Of a stretch of 64,000 nucleotides of DNA, positions 47,467 to 56,761 are shown piece after piece. Source of the DNA: Planctomycetota bacterium (GTDB lineage Bacteria; Planctomycetota; UBA1135; UBA2386); the NCBI GenBank assembly GCA_965228735.1, contig OZ245838.1, positions 2,176,001 to 2,240,000 of the forward strand. Reading direction: 5' to 3'. The notes below the pieces were generated by a model. It was not told where the DNA came from and searched no databases. It was given only the letters and a program-made list of their open reading frames with translations. Positions within the stretch are counted from its first letter, which is position 1. Each line of letters begins with the position of its first letter. A program made the position numbers and the translations under genes.

Positions 47467-50382
47467 CTACTTGCGCCGCAGGTCGATGTTGACTTCGACC
47501 GGACCGCGCACCGGCACGACGACCTTGCCGACCGAGACGGCGGCGGCGTGCGCGCCCGTCGCGCGATCGACGAACGCGGCCTCGACGTCGTACAGCCCCG
47601 GCGACAGTTCGGTCTGAAACCGCCCCCGATCGTCGCTGTCGCCGCTCCCGTGGGCACTGCGCCCGCCTTCCTGCATGCGGAAGTTCAGGCGTGCGTGCGG
47701 CACGGCCTGCCCGTCGATGAGGACCGTGCCGGTGACGGGAACCGGCGCCGCGGATGCACCATCGAGCAGCAGCGCGCGCACTTCGCCGTCCTCGAGCCCG
47801 CGGACCTCGCCGATCGGCAGCGACTGGTAGATCATCGCGCCCGTGCGGCCCGGCGTCTGGAACCCGAGCCAGATCTGCCAGTCCTGGACCGGCACGTTCG
47901 GCAGTTCGAAGGTGCCGTCGGCCCCGACCGCCGCCTTGGCCTTCTTCCACGCCACCCGCCGCGGGAACCAGATGCGCGGCTCCGCCATCGAGCGCAGGAA
48001 TACGTAGGCGTTGGCCGACTCGCGCATGAACGACGCGTTGCCAAGGCGCCCCTTCAGCTTCGCGCCGAATCGCAGCTCGACCAAGAGGCGCGTCGCGCCG
48101 GCCCGGTCCGTGACGTCCACGAGGCTCGGCGCATAACCGTCCGCGACAACCCGCAGGCGGCCGCCCGCCGTCGCGCCGAGCGCGTGCGGCAGCGGCACCG
48201 TGAGTTCGCCGCGCTCGTTCGTCGCGCCGCCCGCGCCACGCACGAGCTGCCCTGTGGCCGGCAGCTGCGTCGTCCCGCCGCCGCCCTTGCCGGCAGTCGA
48301 GGCTAGCAGATCGAGACCCGCCCACTCGCTCAACTCACCGACCTGGAAGAACAGATCGCACGCTGCGCCCGCGACGGGTTCGCCATTCGTATCGACGACC
48401 TCGACGACCATCTCGGCAACGGGCGGCAGCACGAGCCGCGCCGCCGTCGTGCCGACCACGACGTCGAGTTCGAGCTGAACGCTGTAGTGCCGACGCACGA
48501 CGAGCGCTCGATACCTTCCTGGCATCATGCCCTCGAAGCGCATGACCCCGCCCCGCCGCATCCCACCGGAGTAGCCCGACGAGAACCGCAGGCCGCCGGG
48601 CATCCACTGCCGGGTGCCCTGGCGATGCAGCTGCAGGTCGAACGCTTCGACTGGCGTCATCGCCGGCGCCTGCACGACCTGCACGCTCAGGTCGACGGTC
48701 GGCCCGAGCTCGATCCGGAGGTCCTCGCGCCCCCAATCGACCTCGGTCTCGGACAGCAGCTCCGCGATGTGGAAGCGGTGACGCCAGATGGAAACGGTGG
48801 TCGTCGCCGACCCACCGCGCGAGCGGCGCACCTCGAACGCGCCGCTGCTGTCGGTATCGCCCGAGCTCCGACCGCCGGTGCAACTGACCGCGAGTCCCTC
48901 GACCGGCTCCCCGTCCGCGTCGACGACGACGCCGCGCACGACGTCGGCGCCGCGATGCACGCGCAGGTCCAGGAACGCGTCGTCGCGCGTGACGACGAAG
49001 TTGCTGTTCACGGCTTCGAGCGCACGGTCGCCGTAGTAGACCCAGTATTCGCCCGTGGGCAGCGGGCGCGGCAGGCGGAATTCACCATTGGCGTCGGTCG
49101 TGACCGGCGGGTAGCCGCGCCCGCTCGCGATCCAGCGGTCAGGCGTGTCACGCCGGTTCCGCGGCAGGACGTTCACCTCGGTGTCCGCGACCGGCCGGTC
49201 GCCGGTATCGCGCACCCGCCCGCGAATCATGACTGCTTCGCACAGCCGCAGCGTGCCGAGATCGACCGCCGCGCCGCGGCGGGACCGCAGCACCTGCGAG
49301 ATCTCCGCCCACGCGTCGTCGTGGCGCACGATGCACTGCAAGGCCGCGACGGGATCACGCAGCTGGAGCGCGAACGTGCCGTCAGCTTTCGTCGCGAGCT
49401 CCGCCAGAACGCGCTCCTCGGGCACGGGCTCGTTCGGATCCATGGCAGGGACGTAGGCGACTCCCCCGCCGGGGTCCTCGCTCATCGGCAGGATGAGCTG
49501 CACCGTTGCCCCTTCGACCGGCTCACCGCCGTTGTCCCACAACACCCGGCCGAAGACCTCGATCGCCACGTCGGCGGTCGCCACGCGATCGACCGGCGCC
49601 GGCGTGGCAGTGTCGCTCGCATCGCCGACGACGCCGGTCGACTCCGCTGGCTCCGAACTGGCGACGCCGTCCGCAGCGGCCCCACCCGCATTGGACGGCG
49701 CGGCGAGCGGCGCGTCGGGCAACCAGAACAGCAATCCGAAGACGACCGCTACGGCGGCCACGACCAGTAACTTCACGTTCACGAGGATCACCATCACCGC
49801 GGCCGCAGCGACCGCTCCGAGACTCGTGGATGGCACGTTCGTTCCGAACGTCGAAGCGACGGGCAGCAGCCAGGCCGACCGGCTGCCGTGCCGGCGGTCG
49901 AGCCGCTCGCGCAGTTGCAGCACGCCGCGCTTCACGCGCGAGCGCACCGTTTCGAGCGGCGCGCCGACTCGCGCACTGATCTCGCGACACGACAGGTCGT
50001 CGAAGTAACGGAGCAGAACGGCCGTCCGATACGGCTCGTCGAGCGCCATCACTTCCTGCACGACGTCCTGCTGCAACGCCGCGCGCGCGACGACCTCGTC
50101 GGTCGCCGGTACTGCGTTGCTGCCGGCCCGCGGCTCCGCGCTGCGTTCGCGCCGCCACCGCCGCACTTCGGCGCGACCGCGATTGGCGATCAGCCGCCGC
50201 ACGGCGCCGACGAGCCAGGGCCGCAACGCCCCGCGAATCCCGCCGCGCGTCTGCCACGCCGCGAGCATCGCTTCCTGCGCCACGTCCTCGGCGAGCTCGC
50301 GGTCCCCGCACAGCCCGCGCGCCAGGCGCGTGAGCCACTCGGAGTCCTTGAGGAGCGCCGTCGCGTCACCGAAGGTCGGCAT
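47467..50382 (-). CDS. ECF sigma factor fused via a TM segment to tandem carboxypeptidase-regulatory-like beta-sandwich domains
   Basis: AEDVAQEA...WL, LDEPYRTAVLLRYFDDLS.REI...ETVRSRVKRG; TM; repeated GRV.D..G.PV.GA.V / TD..G.F motifs. Confidence 0.85.
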   Translation of the reverse strand: MPTFGDATALLKDSEWLTRLARGLCGDRELAEDVAQEAMLAAWQTRGGIRGALRPWLVGAVRRLIANRGRAEVRRWRRERSAEPRAGSNAVPATDEVVARAALQQDVVQEVMALDEPYRTAVLLRYFDDLSCREISARVGAPLETVRSRVKRGVLQLRERLDRRHGSRSAWLLPVASTFGTNVPSTSLGAVAAAAVMVILVNVKLLVVAAVAVVFGLLFWLPDAPLAAPSNAGGAAADGVASSEPAESTGVVGDASDTATPAPVDRVATADVAIEVFGRVLWDNGGEPVEGATVQLILPMSEDPGGGVAYVPAMDPNEPVPEERVLAELATKADGTFALQLRDPVAALQCIVRHDDAWAEISQVLRSRRGAAVDLGTLRLCEAVMIRGRVRDTGDRPVADTEVNVLPRNRRDTPDRWIASGRGYPPVTTDANGEFRLPRPLPTGEYWVYYGDRALEAVNSNFVVTRDDAFLDLRVHRGADVVRGVVVDADGEPVEGLAVSCTGGRSSGDTDSSGAFEVRRSRGGSATTTVSIWRHRFHIAELLSETEVDWGREDLRIELGPTVDLSVQVVQAPAMTPVEAFDLQLHRQGTRQWMPGGLRFSSGYSGGMRRGGVMRFEGMMPGRYRALVVRRHYSVQLELDVVVGTTAARLVLPPVAEMVVEVVDTNGEPVAGAACDLFFQVGELSEWAGLDLLASTAGKGGGGTTQLPATGQLVRGAGGATNERGELTVPLPHALGATAGGRLRVVADGYAPSLVDVTDRAGATRLLVELRFGAKLKGRLGNASFMRESANAYVFLRSMAEPRIWFPRRVAWKKAKAAVGADGTFELPNVPVQDWQIWLGFQTPGRTGAMIYQSLPIGEVRGLEDGEVRALLLDGASAAPVPVTGTVLIDGQAVPHARLNFRMQEGGRSAHGSGDSDDRGRFQTELSPGLYDVEAAFVDRATGAHAAAVSVGKVVVPVRGPVEVNIDLRRK

Positions 50383-50516
50383 GTCGAAACGTTCATCCAC
50401 GCCGAGGAGTGGTCGCAACCCCCCGAGGTGGTGCCAGAAATCTCCCCCCCGCGCCCCGCCGCACCGACCCGGCCCGAACAGGCAACGGCGTGGGGCCCAT
50501 AAGGAGTTTCTCCAGA

Positions 50517-53500
50517 CTAGCTTACGGACCGGCGCCCGCGCGACCAGACGAGCGAGTAGGCCGCCGGAATCAGCACGAGCGTGATCAGCGTCGACGCCAG
50601 GAGCCCGCCGACCACGGTCCGGGCGAGTGGGGCCTGGGCCTCGGAACCTTCGCCGATGCCGATGGCGAGCGGCAGCAGGCCGAGGATCGTGGTCGACGTC
50701 GTCATCAGGATCGGCCGCAGCCGTCGGCGCCCCGCCTCGGCGATCGCCGCCGCGAGCGGCCGATCGGCGGCAAGGCGGTTGGCCTGATCGACGAGCAGGA
50801 TCGCGTTGTTCACCACGATGCCGCCGAGCATGATCGTCCCGATCGCGGACTGCACGTTGAGCGTCGTCCCGGTCGCGACGAGCGTGATGACCACGCCGAT
50901 CGCGGCGAAGGGCACCGCCATCATCACGATGATCGGATCACGGAACGACTCGTACTGGCAGGCGAGCGCCATGTAGACGAGCAGGATCGCGAGCAGCAGG
51001 CTCACGAGCAGTTCGTCGAACGCCGCCTGCTGCTCTTCGAAGCCACCGGCCACGGACAGCTCGTAGCCGACCGGGCGCGGAATCTCGGCGAGCCGCGCGT
51101 CGACCTCAGCCGCGACCGAGCCGAGCGGCCGGCCGGAGACGTTGGCCGAGACCGTGATGATGCGCTGCTGGTCCTTGCGGTCGATGACGACGGGCCCACG
51201 CCCGGCCCGGTCGTCGAGCACGCTGCGCAGTGCAACGTCGTCCCCCGTCGGCGTGCTGAGCGTGAGATCGAGGACCTCGTCGAGGGTCAGCTGGTCGACG
51301 TCCTGCAGCTGCACGAGAATGCGATAGGAGTTGCCGTCGACGCGGTAGTCCCCAGCGCGCGTGCCGGCGACCGCGGTCTCGAGCGCCTCGGCCACGTCGC
51401 GCACGGTCAGGCCGACGTCGGCGGCCTTGTCCCGGTCCACGAGCAGCATCTGCTGCGGGATGCCCTCCTCCCGGCTCACGTCGACGTCCGTCACGCCTGG
51501 CGTCGACGCCACGGTCTCGACGGCCTGCCGCGCGAGCACGTCGAGGACGCCGAACTCGAAGCCGCGGACCTCGATCGCCAGGCCCTCCTGGCCGGAGCCG
51601 AGCAGTCGCTCGAGCAGAAACTGTCCCTGGCGCGCGCGCGTGCGCACCACGGCGCCCGCGACGTTGCCGTCGAGGAGCTCGCGCAGATCGTCCGCGATCG
51701 CCACGTTGGAGCGGGCCCGATCCTGCGGCGGCACGAGCGACACCTGCACCGACGCCTCGGCGGAGTCCTGCGTGCCGCCCTCGACGCTAACGATCACGGC
51801 CCGCGCCTCCGGCACGGCGTCCCGCACCGCGGTCTCGACGATCCGCGCCTGCCGGTCGACGAGATCCGTCCGGGTGCCGAGCTCCATCTCGGCCGTGACC
51901 CGCACCTCGCTCTCGTCGCTCGGCGGCAGGAACTCGGTGCCGATCGCCGGCAGCATCGTCAGACTCGCCGCCAGCGCGGCGACCGCGACGAGCACCGTGA
52001 GGCCCCGGTTCTGCAGGGCGCCGTGGATCAGCCGGCCATACAGCCCGTCCAGGCCGCGGCGCGCGGGCGCGTCGGCGACCGCAGCGGTCGCCGGGGCGGG
52101 CAGCAGTCGCGAGGCCAGCATCGGCAGCACCGTGAGCGCGACGAGCAGCGCGCTGACGAGCGAGAAGACGATGACGAGCGCGAGCTCCTGGAAGAGCAGT
52201 CCGACGGCACCGCGCACGAAGACCACGGGCAGGAAGATCACGAGCGTCGTGATCGTGCTCGCGAGGATCGCCGGAGCGACCTCGACCGCGCCGCGGACCG
52301 CCGCGACCGGCGCCGACTCGCCCTCCTCCCGCTGCCGCCGGAACACGTTCTCGAGGACGACGATCGAACTGTCGACCATCATGCCGACGCCCAGCGCAAG
52401 GCCGCCGAGCGTCATCAGGTTGAGGGTGAACCCGGCCAGGTAGACGAGCGCGAAGGTCGCGATCGCGGAGATCGGGATGGCGAGAGCGACGACCGCCGTG
52501 CTGCGGACGCTGCGCAGGAAGAACAGGAGCACGAGCACCGCGAACCCACCGCCGTAGAGCACCGACAGTGCGACGTTCTCGATCGAGCGCTCGATGAAGT
52601 TGCCCTGGTTGCTGACCGGAACGACATGGATCTGCGGCATGTCGCGGTTGCACGCGTCGATCTCCGCGAGGATCGCCTTGGCGACCTCGACGGTGTTGGC
52701 CTCGCCCTGCTTGCGGATCGCGACGCGGATCCCGGTCTCGCCGTCGATGCGCACGATGCGCGTCCGGCGCTCGTAGGTGTCCAGCACCTTGCTGATCTGA
52801 CCGAGTCGTACGGGCGCGCCGTCACGGATCGCGACCACGGTGCTGTTGATCTCGTCGAGACTGGTGAACTCGGCCGGCGCCCGCAGCGTCACCTCGTAGC
52901 GGCCGCGTTCGATCGTGCCGGCGGGCAGATCGAGGTTGGCGTCGCGGATGGCGTTGGTGACGACGTCCAGGGGCAGCCGCAGCGCGTTGAGGCGCGCGGG
53001 ATCCAGCTCGATCCGGACCTCCCGCGGGTAGCCGCCCCACAGGTCCACCTGCGCGACACCGGGCACGCGCGCGAAGCGGTATCGCACCTGCTTCTCGACG
53101 ATCTCGGTCAGCTGCACGGGATCGAGCGCGCTCGAGATGCCGAGCAGCACGACCGGGAAGCTCGCGATGTCGAACTTGCGGATCTGCGGTCGCACCACGT
53201 CCTCGGGCAGTTCGCTGATCTCGTCGTCGATGCGGGCCTGCACGTCCTGCGCCACGACGTCGAGGTCGGTCCCCCAACCGAACGTGACGCGGATGTCGCT
53301 GCGCCCTTCGCGCGAGCTCGACGTCATCTCCTCGACGCCCGGCACCGCCGCGACGATCTCCTCGAGGATCTGGGTCACGAGCCGCTCGACGACCTCCGGG
53401 CTCGCGCCATCGTATCCGGTCCGGACCGACAGCCGCGGCAGCTCGACCGCGGGCAGCATGTCGATGCGCAGCCGCGTCAACGCAACGACGCCGATGAGCA

Positions 53501-53564
53501 GCGTCATCAGCGTGAACATGGTCGTGAAGACCGGTCGCCGGACGCTGAAGTCGGGCAGGCTCAT
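50517..53564 (-). CDS. RND efflux permease (AcrB/MdtBC/SwrC-like)
   Basis: [63 protein letters not shown]. Confidence 0.95.
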   Translation of the reverse strand: MSLPDFSVRRPVFTTMFTLMTLLIGVVALTRLRIDMLPAVELPRLSVRTGYDGASPEVVERLVTQILEEIVAAVPGVEEMTSSSREGRSDIRVTFGWGTDLDVVAQDVQARIDDEISELPEDVVRPQIRKFDIASFPVVLLGISSALDPVQLTEIVEKQVRYRFARVPGVAQVDLWGGYPREVRIELDPARLNALRLPLDVVTNAIRDANLDLPAGTIERGRYEVTLRAPAEFTSLDEINSTVVAIRDGAPVRLGQISKVLDTYERRTRIVRIDGETGIRVAIRKQGEANTVEVAKAILAEIDACNRDMPQIHVVPVSNQGNFIERSIENVALSVLYGGGFAVLVLLFFLRSVRSTAVVALAIPISAIATFALVYLAGFTLNLMTLGGLALGVGMMVDSSIVVLENVFRRQREEGESAPVAAVRGAVEVAPAILASTITTLVIFLPVVFVRGAVGLLFQELALVIVFSLVSALLVALTVLPMLASRLLPAPATAAVADAPARRGLDGLYGRLIHGALQNRGLTVLVAVAALAASLTMLPAIGTEFLPPSDESEVRVTAEMELGTRTDLVDRQARIVETAVRDAVPEARAVIVSVEGGTQDSAEASVQVSLVPPQDRARSNVAIADDLRELLDGNVAGAVVRTRARQGQFLLERLLGSGQEGLAIEVRGFEFGVLDVLARQAVETVASTPGVTDVDVSREEGIPQQMLLVDRDKAADVGLTVRDVAEALETAVAGTRAGDYRVDGNSYRILVQLQDVDQLTLDEVLDLTLSTPTGDDVALRSVLDDRAGRGPVVIDRKDQQRIITVSANVSGRPLGSVAAEVDARLAEIPRPVGYELSVAGGFEEQQAAFDELLVSLLLAILLVYMALACQYESFRDPIIVMMAVPFAAIGVVITLVATGTTLNVQSAIGTIMLGGIVVNNAILLVDQANRLAADRPLAAAIAEAGRRRLRPILMTTSTTILGLLPLAIGIGEGSEAQAPLARTVVGGLLASTLITLVLIPAAYSLVWSRGRRSVS

Positions 53565-54757
53565 TCGTCGCCGGCCGGCTTGCCGCCGATCGGTGCCGGC
53601 ACGCGCACGCGCGTGCCGTTCTCGAGCAGCTGCTGCCCCAGGGTCACGACGTCGCCCTCGACGCCATCGCCGAACACCTGCACGAGCTCATCCGAGCGGA
53701 TGCCGAGGCGCACCGGCACGAAGTGCGCGGTTCGGTCGCTCTCGGCGACGACGAACACGCCGTCCTCGTCGCCGCGTCGCACGAGCGCCGCGACCGGGAC
53801 GATCGTCGCGTCGGCAGCGGATTCGAGGTCGATCTCGACCCGCACGAACATCCCGGGCCGCAGCAACCGCTCGGGGTTGTCGATCTCGACTTCGACCCGG
53901 ACCTGACGCGAGCCCTCGTCGAACACCGGCGCCAGTCGCAAGACCCGACCGACGAACGCCGTGTCCGGGTAGGCGTCGTTCCTTACGGTGGCGGACTGCC
54001 CGACGGCGAGTCGCGCGAAGTCCCGCTCCGTCACACCGAGCAACGCGCGCACGGTCGCGATGTCGACGACCGTGGCGATCGGGTCGTTGGCCGCGACGGT
54101 CGCGCCCTCGTCCACGAAGCGCTCGGCGACGACGCGGGCCTCGCCGTCGCCCGACCAGGTCGCTTCGACATCGGTGTAGCGCAGCCGGACCCGCGCCGCT
54201 TCGAGCACCGCCTCCGCGCTCGCGACCCGCGCCAGGGCGACCTCGACCTGAGCCCGCTTCGCGCGCAGGTCGGCGTCCGCGACGTCGAGCTCCGTACCGG
54301 AAGCGATCTCGCGCTCGCGCAGGTCCTGGATGCGCTCGAAGCTGCTCTGCGCCACGTCGAGATTGCTGCGGGCGAACGTCACCTGCGCGCGTTGCACCTC
54401 GAGCTCGGCCGCCGCCTCGGCCACGGCCTGCTGGAACTCGTCGTCGTCCAGGCGGGCGACGATCTGACCCGGCCGCACCGGGCTGCCGATGTCGACGGCG
54501 AGCGTGTCGACCCGCCCGGGCACCTTCGGCGCGACGATGAACTGCGCGCGGGGCAGCAACGTGCCGCTGAACACGCGGCGATCGACGATCCGTCCGCGCG
54601 TCACGGGCGACATCTCGACCGGCGCAGCGCGCGACCGCCGGGCCCCGGCCGGACCCGGAGCAGCTGCGTCCGCACCCCAGAACAGTAACCAGCCCGCCAC
54701 GCCAGCGCCGATCGCGACGCAGAGGGCAAACAACAGGAACGCGCGGGACCAGGACAT
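53561..54757 (-). CDS. RND periplasmic adaptor (membrane fusion protein)
   Basis: N-terminal TM, lipoyl half-motifs (VPGRV...V.PGQ), coiled coil, LRPGMFVRV. Start 54757 or 54799. Confidence 0.92.
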   Translation of the reverse strand: MSWSRAFLLFALCVAIGAGVAGWLLFWGADAAAPGPAGARRSRAAPVEMSPVTRGRIVDRRVFSGTLLPRAQFIVAPKVPGRVDTLAVDIGSPVRPGQIVARLDDDEFQQAVAEAAAELEVQRAQVTFARSNLDVAQSSFERIQDLREREIASGTELDVADADLRAKRAQVEVALARVASAEAVLEAARVRLRYTDVEATWSGDGEARVVAERFVDEGATVAANDPIATVVDIATVRALLGVTERDFARLAVGQSATVRNDAYPDTAFVGRVLRLAPVFDEGSRQVRVEVEIDNPERLLRPGMFVRVEIDLESAADATIVPVAALVRRGDEDGVFVVAESDRTAHFVPVRLGIRSDELVQVFGDGVEGDVVTLGQQLLENGTRVRVPAPIGGKPAGDE

Positions 54758-54887
54758 GCGGGGCAGGCGGAGGCCGATGGCAACTGGACTATCGGACATC
54801 TGCCGCGCCCTTTCTACCGGCTGCGGGGCAGCCGGCACTACGCACGTCTCGACCGTGTATCGCCGCCAGCGCGACGCCGGCGCAGGC

Positions 54888-55787
54888 TCAGTCCGCCAAC
54901 ACGCCGCGAGCTCGCAGCCAACGGCGACACAGCGTCGCCCAGGCCGCAGCCGGCAGTTCACCCCCGAGACCGATACCATGGCGCCCCGCCTCGAAGACGT
55001 GCAATTCGCACGGCACCTGGTGCCGGAGCAGCGCGCGGTAGTAGACGAGACTGTTCTCCGCCGAGACGCCGCGGTCGGCCGAGGTGTGCCAGAGGAAAGT
55101 CGGCGGCGTGGTCTCGTCGACCTGCCGTTCGACCGACATCCGTGCGACGAGCTCCGCCGCTGCGTCCCGGCCGAGCAGATTCTGCTGCGAGCCACGGTGC
55201 GAGAACTCCTGGCCGAACGCGATCACCGGGTAGCACAGCACCGCGAAGTCCGGACGGCACGACTGCCGCTCCACCAGGTCCGCGTTCGTCGGCTCCCCGG
55301 GGTCGTGGTGCACGCTGGCGCTCGCGGCGAGGTGGCCGCCGGCCGAGAACCCGAGCACGCCGATTCGCTTCGGGTCGATGCGCCAGTCCGCCGCCCGCTG
55401 CCGGGCGAGACGGAGTGCCCGCTGCGCATCGCGCAGCGGCCACGGGTGGCCGTAGCCCTTGCCGCGATGCCGGTAGTCGAGCACGAGCGGCTCGATCCCG
55501 GAGCGGTGCAGCCAGGCCGCGATGTCGCGCCCCTCGTGCCCCATCGCGAGGTGACCGTAGCCGCCGCCGGGGCAGACGACGATCGCGGGTCGCAGCGCCT
55601 CGCCATCCGGACGGCCGGCCGGGGGCGGAAAGCGCAGCAACCGCGGGACGTCACGGTCGTCGTCGCCGTTCGCCCCCGGCGCGCGACCCGGCCAGAGCGG
55701 CACGGCCTCGGGTTCCTGGGCAACGGCCAGACTGGGCAACGGCAAGACCCCGAGCAGCGCGAGAACGGCAACGACGAGACGACGCAT
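54888..55787 (-). CDS. Secreted alpha/beta hydrolase (acetylxylan-esterase/BD-FAE-like)
   Basis: Signal peptide, CPGGGY, GFSAGGHLA, RPDFAVLCYPV, PPTFLWH, HGIGLG. Confidence 0.88.
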   Translation of the reverse strand: MRRLVVAVLALLGVLPLPSLAVAQEPEAVPLWPGRAPGANGDDDRDVPRLLRFPPPAGRPDGEALRPAIVVCPGGGYGHLAMGHEGRDIAAWLHRSGIEPLVLDYRHRGKGYGHPWPLRDAQRALRLARQRAADWRIDPKRIGVLGFSAGGHLAASASVHHDPGEPTNADLVERQSCRPDFAVLCYPVIAFGQEFSHRGSQQNLLGRDAAAELVARMSVERQVDETTPPTFLWHTSADRGVSAENSLVYYRALLRHQVPCELHVFEAGRHGIGLGGELPAAAWATLCRRWLRARGVLAD

Positions 55788-55828
55788 GCGACTACGATCG
55801 GCGCGCGCGCCGCCCGCGGCAACCGATC

Positions 55829-56665
55829 TCAGAAGATCAGAGCCTGCGGCGGTGGCCCGAAGCGGATCGTCCCGCCCACGAACACACCGCTCAGATCGAG
55901 GTCGGCGTCGAAGTCGCGGCCGGACGCGCTGCCGAACACGTCGAGCACGAGGTGGCGATACCCGGCGATCAGATCGACGGTGTCGGACACGCGGACGCGG
56001 CCGCCGAGTTCGATGTCCCAGTAGCGACCGTTCGCGTCCCCGAAGTCGGCGGCCATGATGCCGGACTGACCGACGAGGGCAAAGTCGCCGTAGCGCGCCT
56101 CGAACTCGGCGAACGGCATCGGGACGAGTGAGTACGACTCGACCTCGTCGGCGCCGAAGCCGGCGATGGCGCGCGTCCGCACGTCGAGGATCGTGTAGCC
56201 GAGCTGGCCGCCGAGCCCCACGTGCCAGTTCTCGCCGCCGAGCACCTCGTAGGTGTACGAGATCCCGCTCGTGAAGAAGTCGAGATCGGACGCGACCTGC
56301 GTGCCGGCCGCGATGCTCCCGAAGTCACCCGCCAGCGAACCCTCGCCCGCCGTGCTGAACCCGGTCGCGTGGGCGCGGATTCGGTGCGCCTCGTGCTGGA
56401 ACGTCACGCGCCCGAACGGCGCCGGCTCGACGTCACCGAGACCGAGGTTGCTGCCGACCGAGTTCTGCTGGTCGTGCAGCACGAGCCCGCCGCCGGGACT
56501 CTGCAGCGCGAGGTCCCCGTTCACCGCGGCGAACAGCGGCGCGACGTCGATGCGCACCTCGTAGGTCGCACAGCTCTGGAGCACGGCGGCGGCGAGCAGA
56601 ACGGCCGGCAACAGTCGCCGGGCGGCGACGGGAACTGCACCTCGGGAGCGCGGACGATGGGACAT
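55829..56665 (-). CDS. Probable outer-membrane beta-barrel protein with a lipoprotein-type signal
   Basis: LQSC lipobox-like motif; alternating amphipathic strands; AGYRHLVLD...LSGVFVGGTIRF beta-signal-like segment. Confidence 0.6.
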   Translation of the reverse strand: MSHRPRSRGAVPVAARRLLPAVLLAAAVLQSCATYEVRIDVAPLFAAVNGDLALQSPGGGLVLHDQQNSVGSNLGLGDVEPAPFGRVTFQHEAHRIRAHATGFSTAGEGSLAGDFGSIAAGTQVASDLDFFTSGISYTYEVLGGENWHVGLGGQLGYTILDVRTRAIAGFGADEVESYSLVPMPFAEFEARYGDFALVGQSGIMAADFGDANGRYWDIELGGRVRVSDTVDLIAGYRHLVLDVFGSASGRDFDADLDLSGVFVGGTIRFGPPPQALIF

Positions 56666-56761
56666 TGCTCGGATTGCAACCGCGGCTCACCAACGGGGCG
56701 AGCGGATCGCGGCACAACAAGGATAGCCCCACCATCGCCGACACGACGGACTCCCGAGCGC

